Virus record (IMG/VR): IMGVR_UViG_3300013132_000021
DNA from: a virus
Direction: 5' to 3' (one strand)
DNA length: 64,000 nt
Under the pieces are notes generated by a model. That model was not told the DNA's origin, made no database searches, and saw only the letters and a program-made list of their open reading frames with translations. This document shows positions 47,522 to 58,100 of the stretch, piece after piece. Position 1 is the first letter of the stretch. Each line of letters opens with the position of its first letter. The translations under genes were made by a program, and so were the position numbers.

Positions 47522-50500
47522 TTATGTTAAAAAGTAATTGAATGCTAAAGGAAGGCCAATAACCCCGCCTCTAAAATCAAAAGTAGCATTCATCTTGATC
47601 GCACCGCCTGTGGTTGTCGTGATTATGTTTGAGCTGATAAACACCGATCCTGCAGTCACTGAGTTTACGTTCAAGCTAGCGCCACCACCACCAATTTGGC
47701 TAGCAATATAGGCTTTGATAGCTCTCTGTGTAGGTACGATATTATCCGAATCCGCAGTAAAGAATGGATCTGTTGAGAATTCAGTAATTGTTGCTGATCC
47801 GCCACCTAGTGTTACGTTGCCTAGATTAAGTTCTTGCAGCCCTGAAATGTTAAACGCATCAGCATTTAATGTTGCTATACCAGTTGACTGTTCGATGTTG
47901 AACAGATCACCAACTCTAAAGTTACCGTCTTGGTCTGTGGCTGTGAAGAACACACGACCGCCATTTTCTTCAAAGGTTTCATTAGCCGGAATAGGATCTG
48001 ATAATGGGGCATTTGGATAATTTGTTTCTACAAAATTACCGGTACCGATATCTAAGAAATCATGACCAGTTAAACGACATTGACTGTAACGCAGTCTTGT
48101 GGTAACTGTGACTGCATCATCTGGTGCTTCACCTATGGTTAATGTAGGACTGATTTGTAAAAATGCTGTGTAAGCACCATCGTTCACTCCTAGGAATGTA
48201 ATCACATTTACTAATTTGAATGTTCTGTCTGGTAAATGTCCAAACACCACATTTGATCCCGGAGTAGGTTGTTCAGATAGCTGTCTTACAGCCACAAATG
48301 ATCCTGGTTGATAAGTGTCGGCGTAACCGTCGCCGATATCTACTTCACCGTTACTAGTTACATACTGTGATCCTCGATTAGTAAACGACGGATTTGCTAG
48401 CACACCTGATCCCGTTCTTACAGTCACTGGAGCTTCAAACGTGTTGTTCGGATCTGTGAATGTAACTGTAGGAACTGTGTCATATCCTGATCCTGGTTCT
48501 TCAATATTGACCTGGAATAACTTATTGGCTGCTACTAGTGCGCGGGCTCTAGTAGTTGCTCCTGTTCTGATGTATGTCGCTACAGTACCTGAGCTACCGC
48601 CAACGCCAACAAACAAGCCATAACGATCTCTGTTACCAAACGTGATAGATGAGAATCCGTTAGCTGCTGTGCTAGTAGCTCTCACAGTCCATGTCACACC
48701 GTCTGGAGAAGTTGCTGCTGCTGTGGTTGTACTCACAGCAAGGAACACTCCTTGACCGTATGTGACTTTGGTCCACGATGCTGTTGCAGGTAGTGTGCTG
48801 GCTGTCCATGTAATACCGTCTAAACTATAAGCTGCAATCGTACCGCTGGTGTTTGATACAGCAACAAATCTATTGTTACCGTAGGCAATGCTGTTCCAGT
48901 TTGATGAGCTAGGCAATGCACCTGCAGTCCATGTGCCCGTGACTCCCGATGTAGTAGCATAATTTGTCACTGCGGTGCCGCTCTTAATAGCCACAAATCT
49001 GTTTTTACCGTATGCAATAGCTGTGAAGCCGGTGGTAGTTAACGTACCTGTTTGATCCCAGTTTTCACCATCATTGCTGATCCTCACTGTGGTGACATCG
49101 CTGCTGATAGCTACGAATTTCTGTGCGTTAAATCCACCAAATGCTACATCCACCCATGTAGCAGATGTGACCATGTTGGCTGCTGTCCATGTTATACCAT
49201 CTTCGCTGTACGCTCCTGTGGTGTTAGCTGTGGTTCCAGCAACTGCTACGAATTTACTGACTTTGCCCACTGTGGATCCGTCATCGAACAAGCCAGCGGT
49301 CATAGCTGACCAGTTTGCAGCACTGGGCATCAAGCTGGGTCTTGTAGTCCATGAAACGCCATCTTCAGATGTTGCTCCCACTGTAGATCCGCTACGCAGA
49401 GCCACATATCTACCACCTATGCCGTAGCCTGCATGATCAAAGTTTAAGATAGCTCCGGTGGCGGCATTGACCGCTGTGATAGTTATCACTAGGTTGTTGG
49501 TTGTGCTTAATCCACCGAGGCTGGTTCCTAGTATGGTTATGGTCTGTAATCTCACATATCCTGTGCCAGCTGTCTGTAAGGAAGGTGTGTATTTCCATCC
49601 GTTACGTATCACGGTAAAGTTTGCTCCAACACCAGCACCGCTGTAGGTACCCGTTACTGATGTGTATACTGCTGCGGTCTCACCATATTTTACTGCTGAC
49701 CAGGTGCCCGAAGTTGGCAGTGCCGCTGCTGTGGATGTGTAACCTGGTGCAGAGAATGTTACTCTTGGTTCGATAATATATGTACTTGATGCATCAGGTG
49801 CAATAATAGCAGTGCCTGCAACTAAATGATTAAAGCCTGCTGTACCGTCCGATTCTTTGACCACACCAGCGACTTTTGTACCTGAATTGTATGTGGTAAT
49901 AATACCAAACTGTCCGACGCCTGCACCACCAGTAAGCACAATCTTCATACCAATATAAGCAGTGCTGGACTCACTGTCTGTGGCAGCAATAGTTACAGAA
50001 GTTGATGAACCACCTTGGCAGGTGTTTGAATTAGTGATATATCCAAATCCACCAAAATTGCCTTCAGCTTCTTCGGCGTTGGTGCTGTCTTCGACTAGGT
50101 CTAGCATTCTTACTTCGTATACAGCATCGTCACGGAATTCATCCGGCTGCACCGATCCTCCAGTGCCTCCACCTGTAATCGTATATGTTACTTCAGTGTA
50201 ATCTATACCGGCATTGGTAAACTCATATTGTAACAGTCCTGATCCGTCAGTGATAATACGATCGATCACTGCTTCGAATTGCAATCTGTTATCTACAACC
50301 GCTGTGCCAGGTGTTTCGTTGGAGTCAAAGCCTTCTGCAACCGCACCAAAATCTCCGTAGGAGCAGTTACCATTGGTACCACGGATTCTACCGCCGTTTT
50401 CTGCTAGATAACCAATGTGTGCGTAGTAAGAGAACACAGACACTAATTCAGCACGACCATTATTAGTAATCCAAGCACCTATACCGTCTGAGATAACCTG

Positions 50501-53500
50501 TGTAAAATCGTTGGAAACAATAGAATCATTGCCACCATTGTGTAATGAACCATCGATCTTTTGACCCACGGCTGCTGTGCCCAGTGTGGTCACACCCTGT
50601 ACATATGGAGAACGATTAATGATCCATGCGCGATAGTCTTCTGGACCCCAACCTGGATCCAATGAACAATATGCCCCGGCTGAAACTCTTGAAGTACCAA
50701 ATTCATTTGGTGCTAACAAGTCGCCAGTAAGTCCTTGTAGAGTTTGATCTCTAACACCAGTACCATCACGTAGATAGTACATGTCCTCTTCTAGGCTTCC
50801 TATCACGCTGTTAGCATAATATCTAGCAGCGTATCTTGATTTGTAGTTGCCTGGATATTTCAAATCATATTTTAGTGCGTCAATATATGTACCAACATCT
50901 CGTAGACACAGTGCGCTGTTATAGAATAAGCTCACTGTCATAGATCCTGAAGCATTAATTGGAAAATCTATTGCTGTATTTGAATTTCTAGTGGTAGCAA
51001 TCTTAAAAGTAGTTGCGCTTACAACGTTCTGTATGTAATATGTGGTGGTAGTATTAATACTGTATCCAAAAACTGTACCTGAAAATCTAATTGCTGCATT
51101 GCGCTGCATCCAAGCAGTGCTAGAACATGTAAGTACATCAGTGGCTGCTGTTACATTAGTCACTGTGGTTGTATATGTTGAGTCTATATAGGCATCGATC
51201 TCTGCAACAATATAATCTCTATTTCTTTCTAGTTGCAACACTGCGTAATCGACCATTCTATTACCTGAGGCACAACGACTACCTTCATTGGTAGCGCCAT
51301 AAAGAATATCATCTAACAGAGTCATCAGTGTTTCAATACGAGCCTGCGCAGTAGCATTACCGCCTACGTTGGCTTTAGCTAGTCCTTTGACGTAAGTAAA
51401 TGCTGCTCGAGTGGCTGCTTTCTGTCCTAGACTATACACATCCGATGAGCTGGCTCTTAGATAGGCCAATGCAGCGTTTCTAGTTTGACCGTTGGCGTTG
51501 AACATGAAGTCATAGCCCACTGCGTCTAGAATAATTTTAGCATCGCGCTCGCATTTAGCAGAGTTATAGACCAATGTGGGGAAATTAGCAGCTATATAGG
51601 CGGTCATTGCTGTGACGATAGTACCGACCTGCGCACTCAGTGTAGTAAATGCAGTAATCAGTGCTGTGGTAGAAGTCACTGCGTTGGTGGCAATCGGACG
51701 ATCCTCATAGCTCATCACCAAGGTCAATCCAGCGCCGTTGGTAAATCCTGTAGCTGCTGCACCTGCATAACTTGTCGACACTCTGAAATTCGTACCGGTT
51801 AGACCTGAAGCGATCACATAATAGCGTGTGCCTACAGTTAAACCATTTTGAGTTTCGATAGGAACCACTAAATCGCCAGCCTCAAGCGTGTGTCCAGCAG
51901 TGACAAAGGTGTCTGTGCCAGTTATCGAAGTCACTGTGACTATAGGAGGAGTTGCTGCGGTAGAGTCACCTGCCAACAGGTTAGTGATGTTGTCAATGTT
52001 AGCGCCGATGAATGCGCTGGCTGCAGCACCACCTGTGAGATTAGTTGCGTCAGTGAATTGTGTGGCAGCATTACCTGTAGATTTGGTCACTGTGGTGTTG
52101 GCAGCAATTTCTTGCATCACAGCTTTTAATCTACCATAAGCGGCCACAGTAGCGGTGACTTCTGATGCGTCGATTTCCAGTCCAGTAGCGCCGTCAAAAT
52201 AGGCCAATCCTGCATTCAGTGTCTGGGTAAATCCGCCATAGGTCAAGTCATAGACCATTGCATCGACGATGAATCCAGTGTCTCTTTTGCATATGGTTTT
52301 AGAATATTTCACGGAAGGATAGTTTACAGTAATAAATGCAATGATTTCAGCTTTGATAAATTCTTTGTTTTCTTTTATCAGTGTTCTTGCGGAACCGTAG
52401 CCTGTGAGATATGCACTGTTGTATCCTGTAGGATCTGTGTTGGCAACCATGTGAGTGGTGCTGATTCGGTAATCGATCTGATGCTGTATGACTCTGACCA
52501 GCTGTGTTATGTCTGCCTGTTCATCTGTGCTGGCATACGGAAATGCTAAACTCTGTGTAGCAGTGTTTCCTGAGCTTTCTGTGACGTTAGAGCCAGCGAT
52601 AATTTCACTGACCACCGTTTCTAGTCTTGACAGCGCACCCATAGAATAGTATGAATCTGATAGGTTGGTTATACTGCCTGCTGGTCCGGCATTTGTAGAT
52701 CTTAATTCGTCTCCTATCACGCAGGTCTGTTCTGGAACGATAATTGGCAGAGTTTCTCTGTACTGTCCAGTGGCGATACTGATAAGATTGTTAGGACTTC
52801 TACGAGCAGGCACACTGGCTACTGCTGCTGCTATCTGTGCAGTAGTTGTAGCTGCTGCACGAGCAGCGATAGCATCTGTAATCACTTCAACTAATTCAGC
52901 TGCCGTGGTATAAGCTCCTGATTCTGCCGTAAGTTCTGCATTGAAGTACTGCGCTACTGTAGCAGTTGAATTATCACCGTTCAGAGTCTGATAGTTCACT
53001 GCTGGGGCTGTCTGTGCTAGTACATCCTCGACCACAGTGACCATATAGTTATAGGCCGCTATGGATTCGTCTGATTCTGCAGCTAGACCAGGATATGCTT
53101 CTGTTTCTTCTTCGCTGAGTCCGCCTATGAGAGAATTCGCCGCTCCTCTGATTTTGACGTTGCCGCCATGTCTAAGATCATAGATCAATGCGTCAACTAC
53201 AAATCCCACATCTCTTTCGCACTTGAAATCGTCGTAGACAAATGCCGATGTAAACGGTGCGATGTTGTTGGTGATCTGATTCTGTATGAACTCTGTGGTT
53301 TCACGTTGTATAAACACACGATTCAGTTCAAGTAGATATGTGGCATCGGGATTTCTTGGACCGCGTTCTACCTGTTCACAGGCATATCTAATAGTCTTCC
53401 ATGGCTTATCCCAGGTTCTACCATGTACGGGTGCAGGAAGATCTGTACCGTGTGGTGCTACAAAATAACTGTGTTCGACTTCGCCTAGTGTGGCCCATTC

Positions 53501-55060
53501 TGGATCTACGCCGTTTGAACGTAGGATCTGGCCTTCACGTCCAATAGGTAATCTTGCGGGGCCTGATCCGCTGTAGTAAACTAAGTCTCCTCTAACTGAT
53601 AAAATATCAGTTTCTGAACCAACGTTTAATAGACTCCAATAGGTACCTGTGGAGTCTTGATCAGGGCGGCTGTTGGCCTGACCGCCGCCTGCTGCGCCTA
53701 CTGTAGATCCATCGTCACCTTCTGATCTATGTGCCAGCAAACAGATGTAAGCGTTTGCTCCAAATCTAACTGCATCGCCCTGTAGATAATCCACATCATC
53801 TGTCCAGGCGCCTTGCCAACTAATACCAGAACTTAATCTAGTCCAGTATGAACCATTTGGTGGTTCTGCTGACACTGTTGCAGTCATCGAACCCGCAGCA
53901 TCAGCTGTAATATTAAATGTTGAGCCACCAGATGTAGTTGAAATTGTTATGTTACCTGCGGCCACAGTCCTAACAAAATATCTAGCAGTGGTAAACACGT
54001 TGCCAAATGTTGTGCCGGTGAATCTCACTGTCATACCTACTGCGATACCTGTTGTAGAAGCTATAGTGAAGGTGTCTGTGCTAGCGGTAACTGCTGTAAC
54101 TGTGACAGCTGTGGATGGTGAGTCAGCTGTGGCAAGATAGGTATATCCGCCTAGTCTAACAACTTCACCAATCTTATATGATGTTGCGTTCGTCCAGTCT
54201 GATTGAAATTTTAATCCTTCGGTGAATAAATCCCAATCTGCTGTTGTGATTGAGGGATTCGCTGCTGCAGATGCAGCGGTATGCACAGTTTTGGCTATGT
54301 ATTGATTACCACCGTAGCCAACTATATCTCCGGGTTGATACAGTGTGGCAGAATTCCATGTGCTTTCAAATTCTGCACCTTCTGCGAACTGTGCCCAACG
54401 CCCTGCGGTACTGTCTGTCAAGAACGCAGCATCAGCAGTGTGCTGTGTGACGCAGATCCAAAGGCCTGCACCATATTTCACAACATCATTGAGTTTGTAT
54501 CTAGTGGCAGTGGTCCATGTGCTTTTGTATTCTATTCCCTGATTGAAACTGTCCCATTTGGCTTGATCAGCTTCTAGTCCCGATGTGGCTGTGGCTGCAG
54601 ATGTATGATATGTATTACATACATAGGTGTAACCACCATAACTAACTAGATCATTTACCTTGTATCTTGTGCTGACTGACCAAGAATTTTTCCAATCAAA
54701 TCCTTCAGCATACAAGGTCCATTTTGCTTGATCGGCTTCCAGTCCTGATGCAACTGTGGCCGCAGATGTGTGACTGTCATTACAGATGTATAACAATCCA
54801 CCATATTTAACCACGTCGTTGAGCTTATAGAATGTAGAAATTGCCCAGTCTCCCTTCCAATCCTGTCCGTCGCTCATCTGGTTCCATTTGGTAGGACTGT
54901 ATTCTAGATCTGTGTTGAAATCTGCTGCAGAGGTATGCCCTACAGCACAGATATATGTGCGGCCACCATATCTTATTACATCATCTATATAATAAGTAGT
55001 CGAGGCTGCCCATGCGCTTTTCCATACAAATCTAATTCTACCTAGTTTAAATTCTGCCAT
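47522..55060 (-). CDS. giant virion/tail protein (2512 aa) with CBM5/12-like repeats, beta-helix-like region and propeller-like repeats
   Basis: Repeats W...T.Y..NDVV.YGG..Y.C...HTS; RSPYVQGVTT/SNDFTQV; repeated W..IAYG..RFVA/DGITWT. Confidence 0.8.
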   Translation of the reverse strand: MAEFKLGRIRFVWKSAWAASTTYYIDDVIRYGGRTYICAVGHTSAADFNTDLEYSPTKWNQMSDGQDWKGDWAISTFYKLNDVVKYGGLLYICNDSHTSAATVASGLEADQAKWTLYAEGFDWKNSWSVSTRYKVNDLVSYGGYTYVCNTYHTSAATATSGLEADQAKWDSFNQGIEYKSTWTTATRYKLNDVVKYGAGLWICVTQHTADAAFLTDSTAGRWAQFAEGAEFESTWNSATLYQPGDIVGYGGNQYIAKTVHTAASAAANPSITTADWDLFTEGLKFQSDWTNATSYKIGEVVRLGGYTYLATADSPSTAVTVTAVTASTDTFTIASTTGIAVGMTVRFTGTTFGNVFTTARYFVRTVAAGNITISTTSGGSTFNITADAAGSMTATVSAEPPNGSYWTRLSSGISWQGAWTDDVDYLQGDAVRFGANAYICLLAHRSEGDDGSTVGAAGGGQANSRPDQDSTGTYWSLLNVGSETDILSVRGDLVYYSGSGPARLPIGREGQILRSNGVDPEWATLGEVEHSYFVAPHGTDLPAPVHGRTWDKPWKTIRYACEQVERGPRNPDATYLLELNRVFIQRETTEFIQNQITNNIAPFTSAFVYDDFKCERDVGFVVDALIYDLRHGGNVKIRGAANSLIGGLSEEETEAYPGLAAESDESIAAYNYMVTVVEDVLAQTAPAVNYQTLNGDNSTATVAQYFNAELTAESGAYTTAAELVEVITDAIAARAAATTTAQIAAAVASVPARRSPNNLISIATGQYRETLPIIVPEQTCVIGDELRSTNAGPAGSITNLSDSYYSMGALSRLETVVSEIIAGSNVTESSGNTATQSLAFPYASTDEQADITQLVRVIQHQIDYRISTTHMVANTDPTGYNSAYLTGYGSARTLIKENKEFIKAEIIAFITVNYPSVKYSKTICKRDTGFIVDAMVYDLTYGGFTQTLNAGLAYFDGATGLEIDASEVTATVAAYGRLKAVMQEIAANTTVTKSTGNAATQFTDATNLTGGAAASAFIGANIDNITNLLAGDSTAATPPIVTVTSITGTDTFVTAGHTLEAGDLVVPIETQNGLTVGTRYYVIASGLTGTNFRVSTSYAGAAATGFTNGAGLTLVMSYEDRPIATNAVTSTTALITAFTTLSAQVGTIVTAMTAYIAANFPTLVYNSAKCERDAKIILDAVGYDFMFNANGQTRNAALAYLRASSSDVYSLGQKAATRAAFTYVKGLAKANVGGNATAQARIETLMTLLDDILYGATNEGSRCASGNRMVDYAVLQLERNRDYIVAEIDAYIDSTYTTTVTNVTAATDVLTCSSTAWMQRNAAIRFSGTVFGYSINTTTTYYIQNVVSATTFKIATTRNSNTAIDFPINASGSMTVSLFYNSALCLRDVGTYIDALKYDLKYPGNYKSRYAARYYANSVIGSLEEDMYYLRDGTGVRDQTLQGLTGDLLAPNEFGTSRVSAGAYCSLDPGWGPEDYRAWIINRSPYVQGVTTLGTAAVGQKIDGSLHNGGNDSIVSNDFTQVISDGIGAWITNNGRAELVSVFSYYAHIGYLAENGGRIRGTNGNCSYGDFGAVAEGFDSNETPGTAVVDNRLQFEAVIDRIITDGSGLLQYEFTNAGIDYTEVTYTITGGGTGGSVQPDEFRDDAVYEVRMLDLVEDSTNAEEAEGNFGGFGYITNSNTCQGGSSTSVTIAATDSESSTAYIGMKIVLTGGAGVGQFGIITTYNSGTKVAGVVKESDGTAGFNHLVAGTAIIAPDASSTYIIEPRVTFSAPGYTSTAAALPTSGTWSAVKYGETAAVYTSVTGTYSGAGVGANFTVIRNGWKYTPSLQTAGTGYVRLQTITILGTSLGGLSTTNNLVITITAVNAATGAILNFDHAGYGIGGRYVALRSGSTVGATSEDGVSWTTRPSLMPSAANWSAMTAGLFDDGSTVGKVSKFVAVAGTTANTTGAYSEDGITWTAANMVTSATWVDVAFGGFNAQKFVAISSDVTTVRISNDGENWDQTGTLTTTGFTAIAYGKNRFVAIKSGTAVTNYATTSGVTGTWTAGALPSSSNWNSIAYGNNRFVAVSNTSGTIAAYSLDGITWTASTLPATASWTKVTYGQGVFLAVSTTTAAATSPDGVTWTVRATSTAANGFSSITFGNRDRYGLFVGVGGSSGTVATYIRTGATTRARALVAANKLFQVNIEEPGSGYDTVPTVTFTDPNNTFEAPVTVRTGSGVLANPSFTNRGSQYVTSNGEVDIGDGYADTYQPGSFVAVRQLSEQPTPGSNVVFGHLPDRTFKLVNVITFLGVNDGAYTAFLQISPTLTIGEAPDDAVTVTTRLRYSQCRLTGHDFLDIGTGNFVETNYPNAPLSDPIPANETFEENGGRVFFTATDQDGNFRVGDLFNIEQSTGIATLNADAFNISGLQELNLGNVTLGGGSATITEFSTDPFFTADSDNIVPTQRAIKAYIASQIGGGGASLNVNSVTAGSVFISSNIITTTTGGAIKMNATFDFRGGVIGLPLAFNYFLT

Positions 55061-55102
55061 TTTCTACTCCGTATCCTTTATTTATTAATATAAAATTAAT
55101 TG

Positions 55103-58100
55103 TTAAAACGATCTATAAAACATAGTCTGTGCCAACATACTACCGCTAATACCGCTATTTGGTCTATCAAATTCTGCTCTTATAGGCACTATGATTCTAA
55201 GTCCAGCGGTGTTATTAAATCTATCAGGGCCCACTAGGATAGTACCAGCTATGAAACTGCCAACTGCGATCTCAGATCCACCGATACTCAGTCTGCTGGC
55301 CAAATAGCTTTTTATGGCTCGTTGCGTTGGTACGATATTATTGGAATCTGCGATGAATAGTGGGTCAGTTGAAAATTCACGAACCACGGCCCCAGTGCCG
55401 CCTACTCTAATACCGCCTAATCTTAGTTCTGACAATCCGCCAAGATCAAAAAAGTCTGCTGAAATCGTCACAATACCTGTGGCCTGCTCTACAGCAAATA
55501 ATTCACCTGCACGGAAGTTACCACTTTGATCTGTGGATGTGTAAAACACTCTACCACGATTTAATTCAACAATTTCGTTTTCCGGAGCGGGAGTATAGAA
55601 TCCGCTATACAATTCTGGATAATTGGTTTCTTCAAAGTTACCTGTGCCTATGTCTAAAAAATCATGCCCAGTGATGCGACATTGGCTGAACTCCGTCCTT
55701 ATAGTGATAGGTGTAAGATGCTGTAAGTTATCTCTGACCTTGATTTCGGGGCTTACTCGTATTCTAGCAGCTAATCCTCTATCAGTAGCGCCTAGTGGCT
55801 CAATGGTTACTAAAGTATAAAAATCTGGCAAACTACCAATAGTTAAACTAGCTCCCGGTCCGGGATAAGCATCTAAATCATTCATAACAAAGAATTTTCC
55901 TGAGGGAGTAACATCTGCATATCCGTTACCGTCAATAGTAACTGTGGTACTGGTTGTTCTATAACCTAGACCTCTATTCAACCAACTAGGCTGTGCTATA
56001 ACACCGTCACCTGTTCTAGATTCTATCACAGCATCTGAACTGTTGTTAGGATCAACCAGTGTGCAGGTAGGACCTTCTGTATAACCAGAACCCGGATCCC
56101 ACATCTTGATGCTTCTGATAATACCACTGCTCAAAGTTACACGACCTAATGCTCTTGCTCCTGTTTGTATTTTGTTGAATATGTCAGTGTTGTCTATGGC
56201 TATCCACATAGGAGTTCTTTTACCTGTGGTAGAGTCTCTGGCATCTACATAAGGATTTCCAAATGCCACTGATACCCATTCTTTAGAAGATGCTAGTGTG
56301 CGCGATGTCCATACAATACCGTCGAATGATGTGGCTGCGTAGTTGGTTGGTACAGCTGCTGGATCACCTCCAACATCTCTACCACCGGTATCACCTACAG
56401 CAAAGAACACACCTTGTGCATATCGAATCTTTTTCCAATTATGCGCGGTGGATCCATCCTGTGAAGGCATTGTGGCTGGCAACCAAGAAATGCCATCAAA
56501 GCTGTATCCTACGTCACCTGTGCTGGATATCGCTACGAATCTATCGTTACCGTAGGCAATGCTGACCCAGTCTTTGGCAGAAGAATCTGCAATCACGTCT
56601 AATATGTGTCCGCTCCAGGTCCATGTGTTCAAGGTAGAATTATATTCGCCTACCATTACACTATTTCCACTGTTTGCCAAAACCACGTAGGTATTTTTTC
56701 CGTAGGCAACATCCACCCATTCGTTCAGTGTGGAATCACCAAACCCCGGTAATACAGTTGTGATCCAGCTAGTTCCATTTAAGCTGTAGGCCGCCGAATT
56801 TGAATCTGTAGCTATTGCAAAGAACAGGCCGCCACCATAGATGCATGAATTCCAAGATCTTGATGCTGGCATTGCTCTTGTGGTCCATGTGATTCCATCA
56901 AAAGAACTTGCCGCTACTGAACTGCCTGTGCGTATGGCCACAAATATATGATTTCCCACTGTGGGATATGTTACTCTGCCTGCTGCTAGACATTTCCAGT
57001 CGCCTGCAGTTGGCATGTTAAAATCAGTCCAGGTAGTTCCATCCTCACTGTACAGCGCAGCAGAACCACCGGTTGATACAACAACAAATCTACCACTGGC
57101 TGCTTCGTTGTCTTCACCTGTGCCGTAGGTTTTTTGTTCTGCTGCAAGTATAGAGTTGGTACTGTCGTCGCTGACATCTGTTACTAATATTATTAGATCG
57201 TTAATTGGTGTTGCTCCGCCAAGTTGATCGCCGTCTATAGTTAATAATTGGCCTGCTTCGTATCCAGCCCCACCGTTATTGATAGTAAGAGTGTAGTCTC
57301 TGCCTTGTTTTACAACATTGAATGTAGCTAATGCCGCTGGAACATCTATAGTTGTACCGGTACCTGCTTCGTTGACTGGTACGTTAGTATATGTTTCTGT
57401 GGTTTCGCCATAAACTATTTCTGACCAAGTGGTGTTCACTGGTAAAATAACCTGTGTAGCAGAATATGCCGGTGCAGAAAAAATCACTCTAGGTTCTATT
57501 CTGTATGTGGTATTGGTCAACAAAGGCACTGTTGGTAATTTTCCAGGTACAACATGATCCCATCCTGGTTGATCGTCAGATTCTCTAGTCACAGATACTA
57601 CTTTTGTAATATTATCGTAGGCAGTGATATAGCCATACTGTCCTGTGCCAGCACCGCTAGTGATCACTATTCTCATACCAAGATATTGTGCGATCGAGTT
57701 AGCGTCATTGCTGGCTATGGTTATAGTGGTAGCTGTTCCTGATTGTGCATTGTTCTGCACTAACACAAATCCACCGCCACCGATGGCCTGTGCTATTTGT
57801 GCAGTACCAGCATTAGCATCTAATATTCTAGCTTCGAATACAGCATCGTCACGAAAATCTTCAAATACCACTGCGGCATCGATACCGGCACCTGCAAATA
57901 TTGCAGTAGCTGAACTGTAGTCATTACCACAGTTGCCCCATTCTAAGATTTGTATCTCATCAACAAAGTCTCCAGCAAATGCTGCTACTACGTTGGCTTC
58001 TTGTGCCCTGGTGTAGACTGCGGCCGTAGCTGGTGTTTCTGTCGCATCGACCCCATCAGAGATAGCACCATAGGTGCCGTAAGAGCAGTTGCCGTTAGTA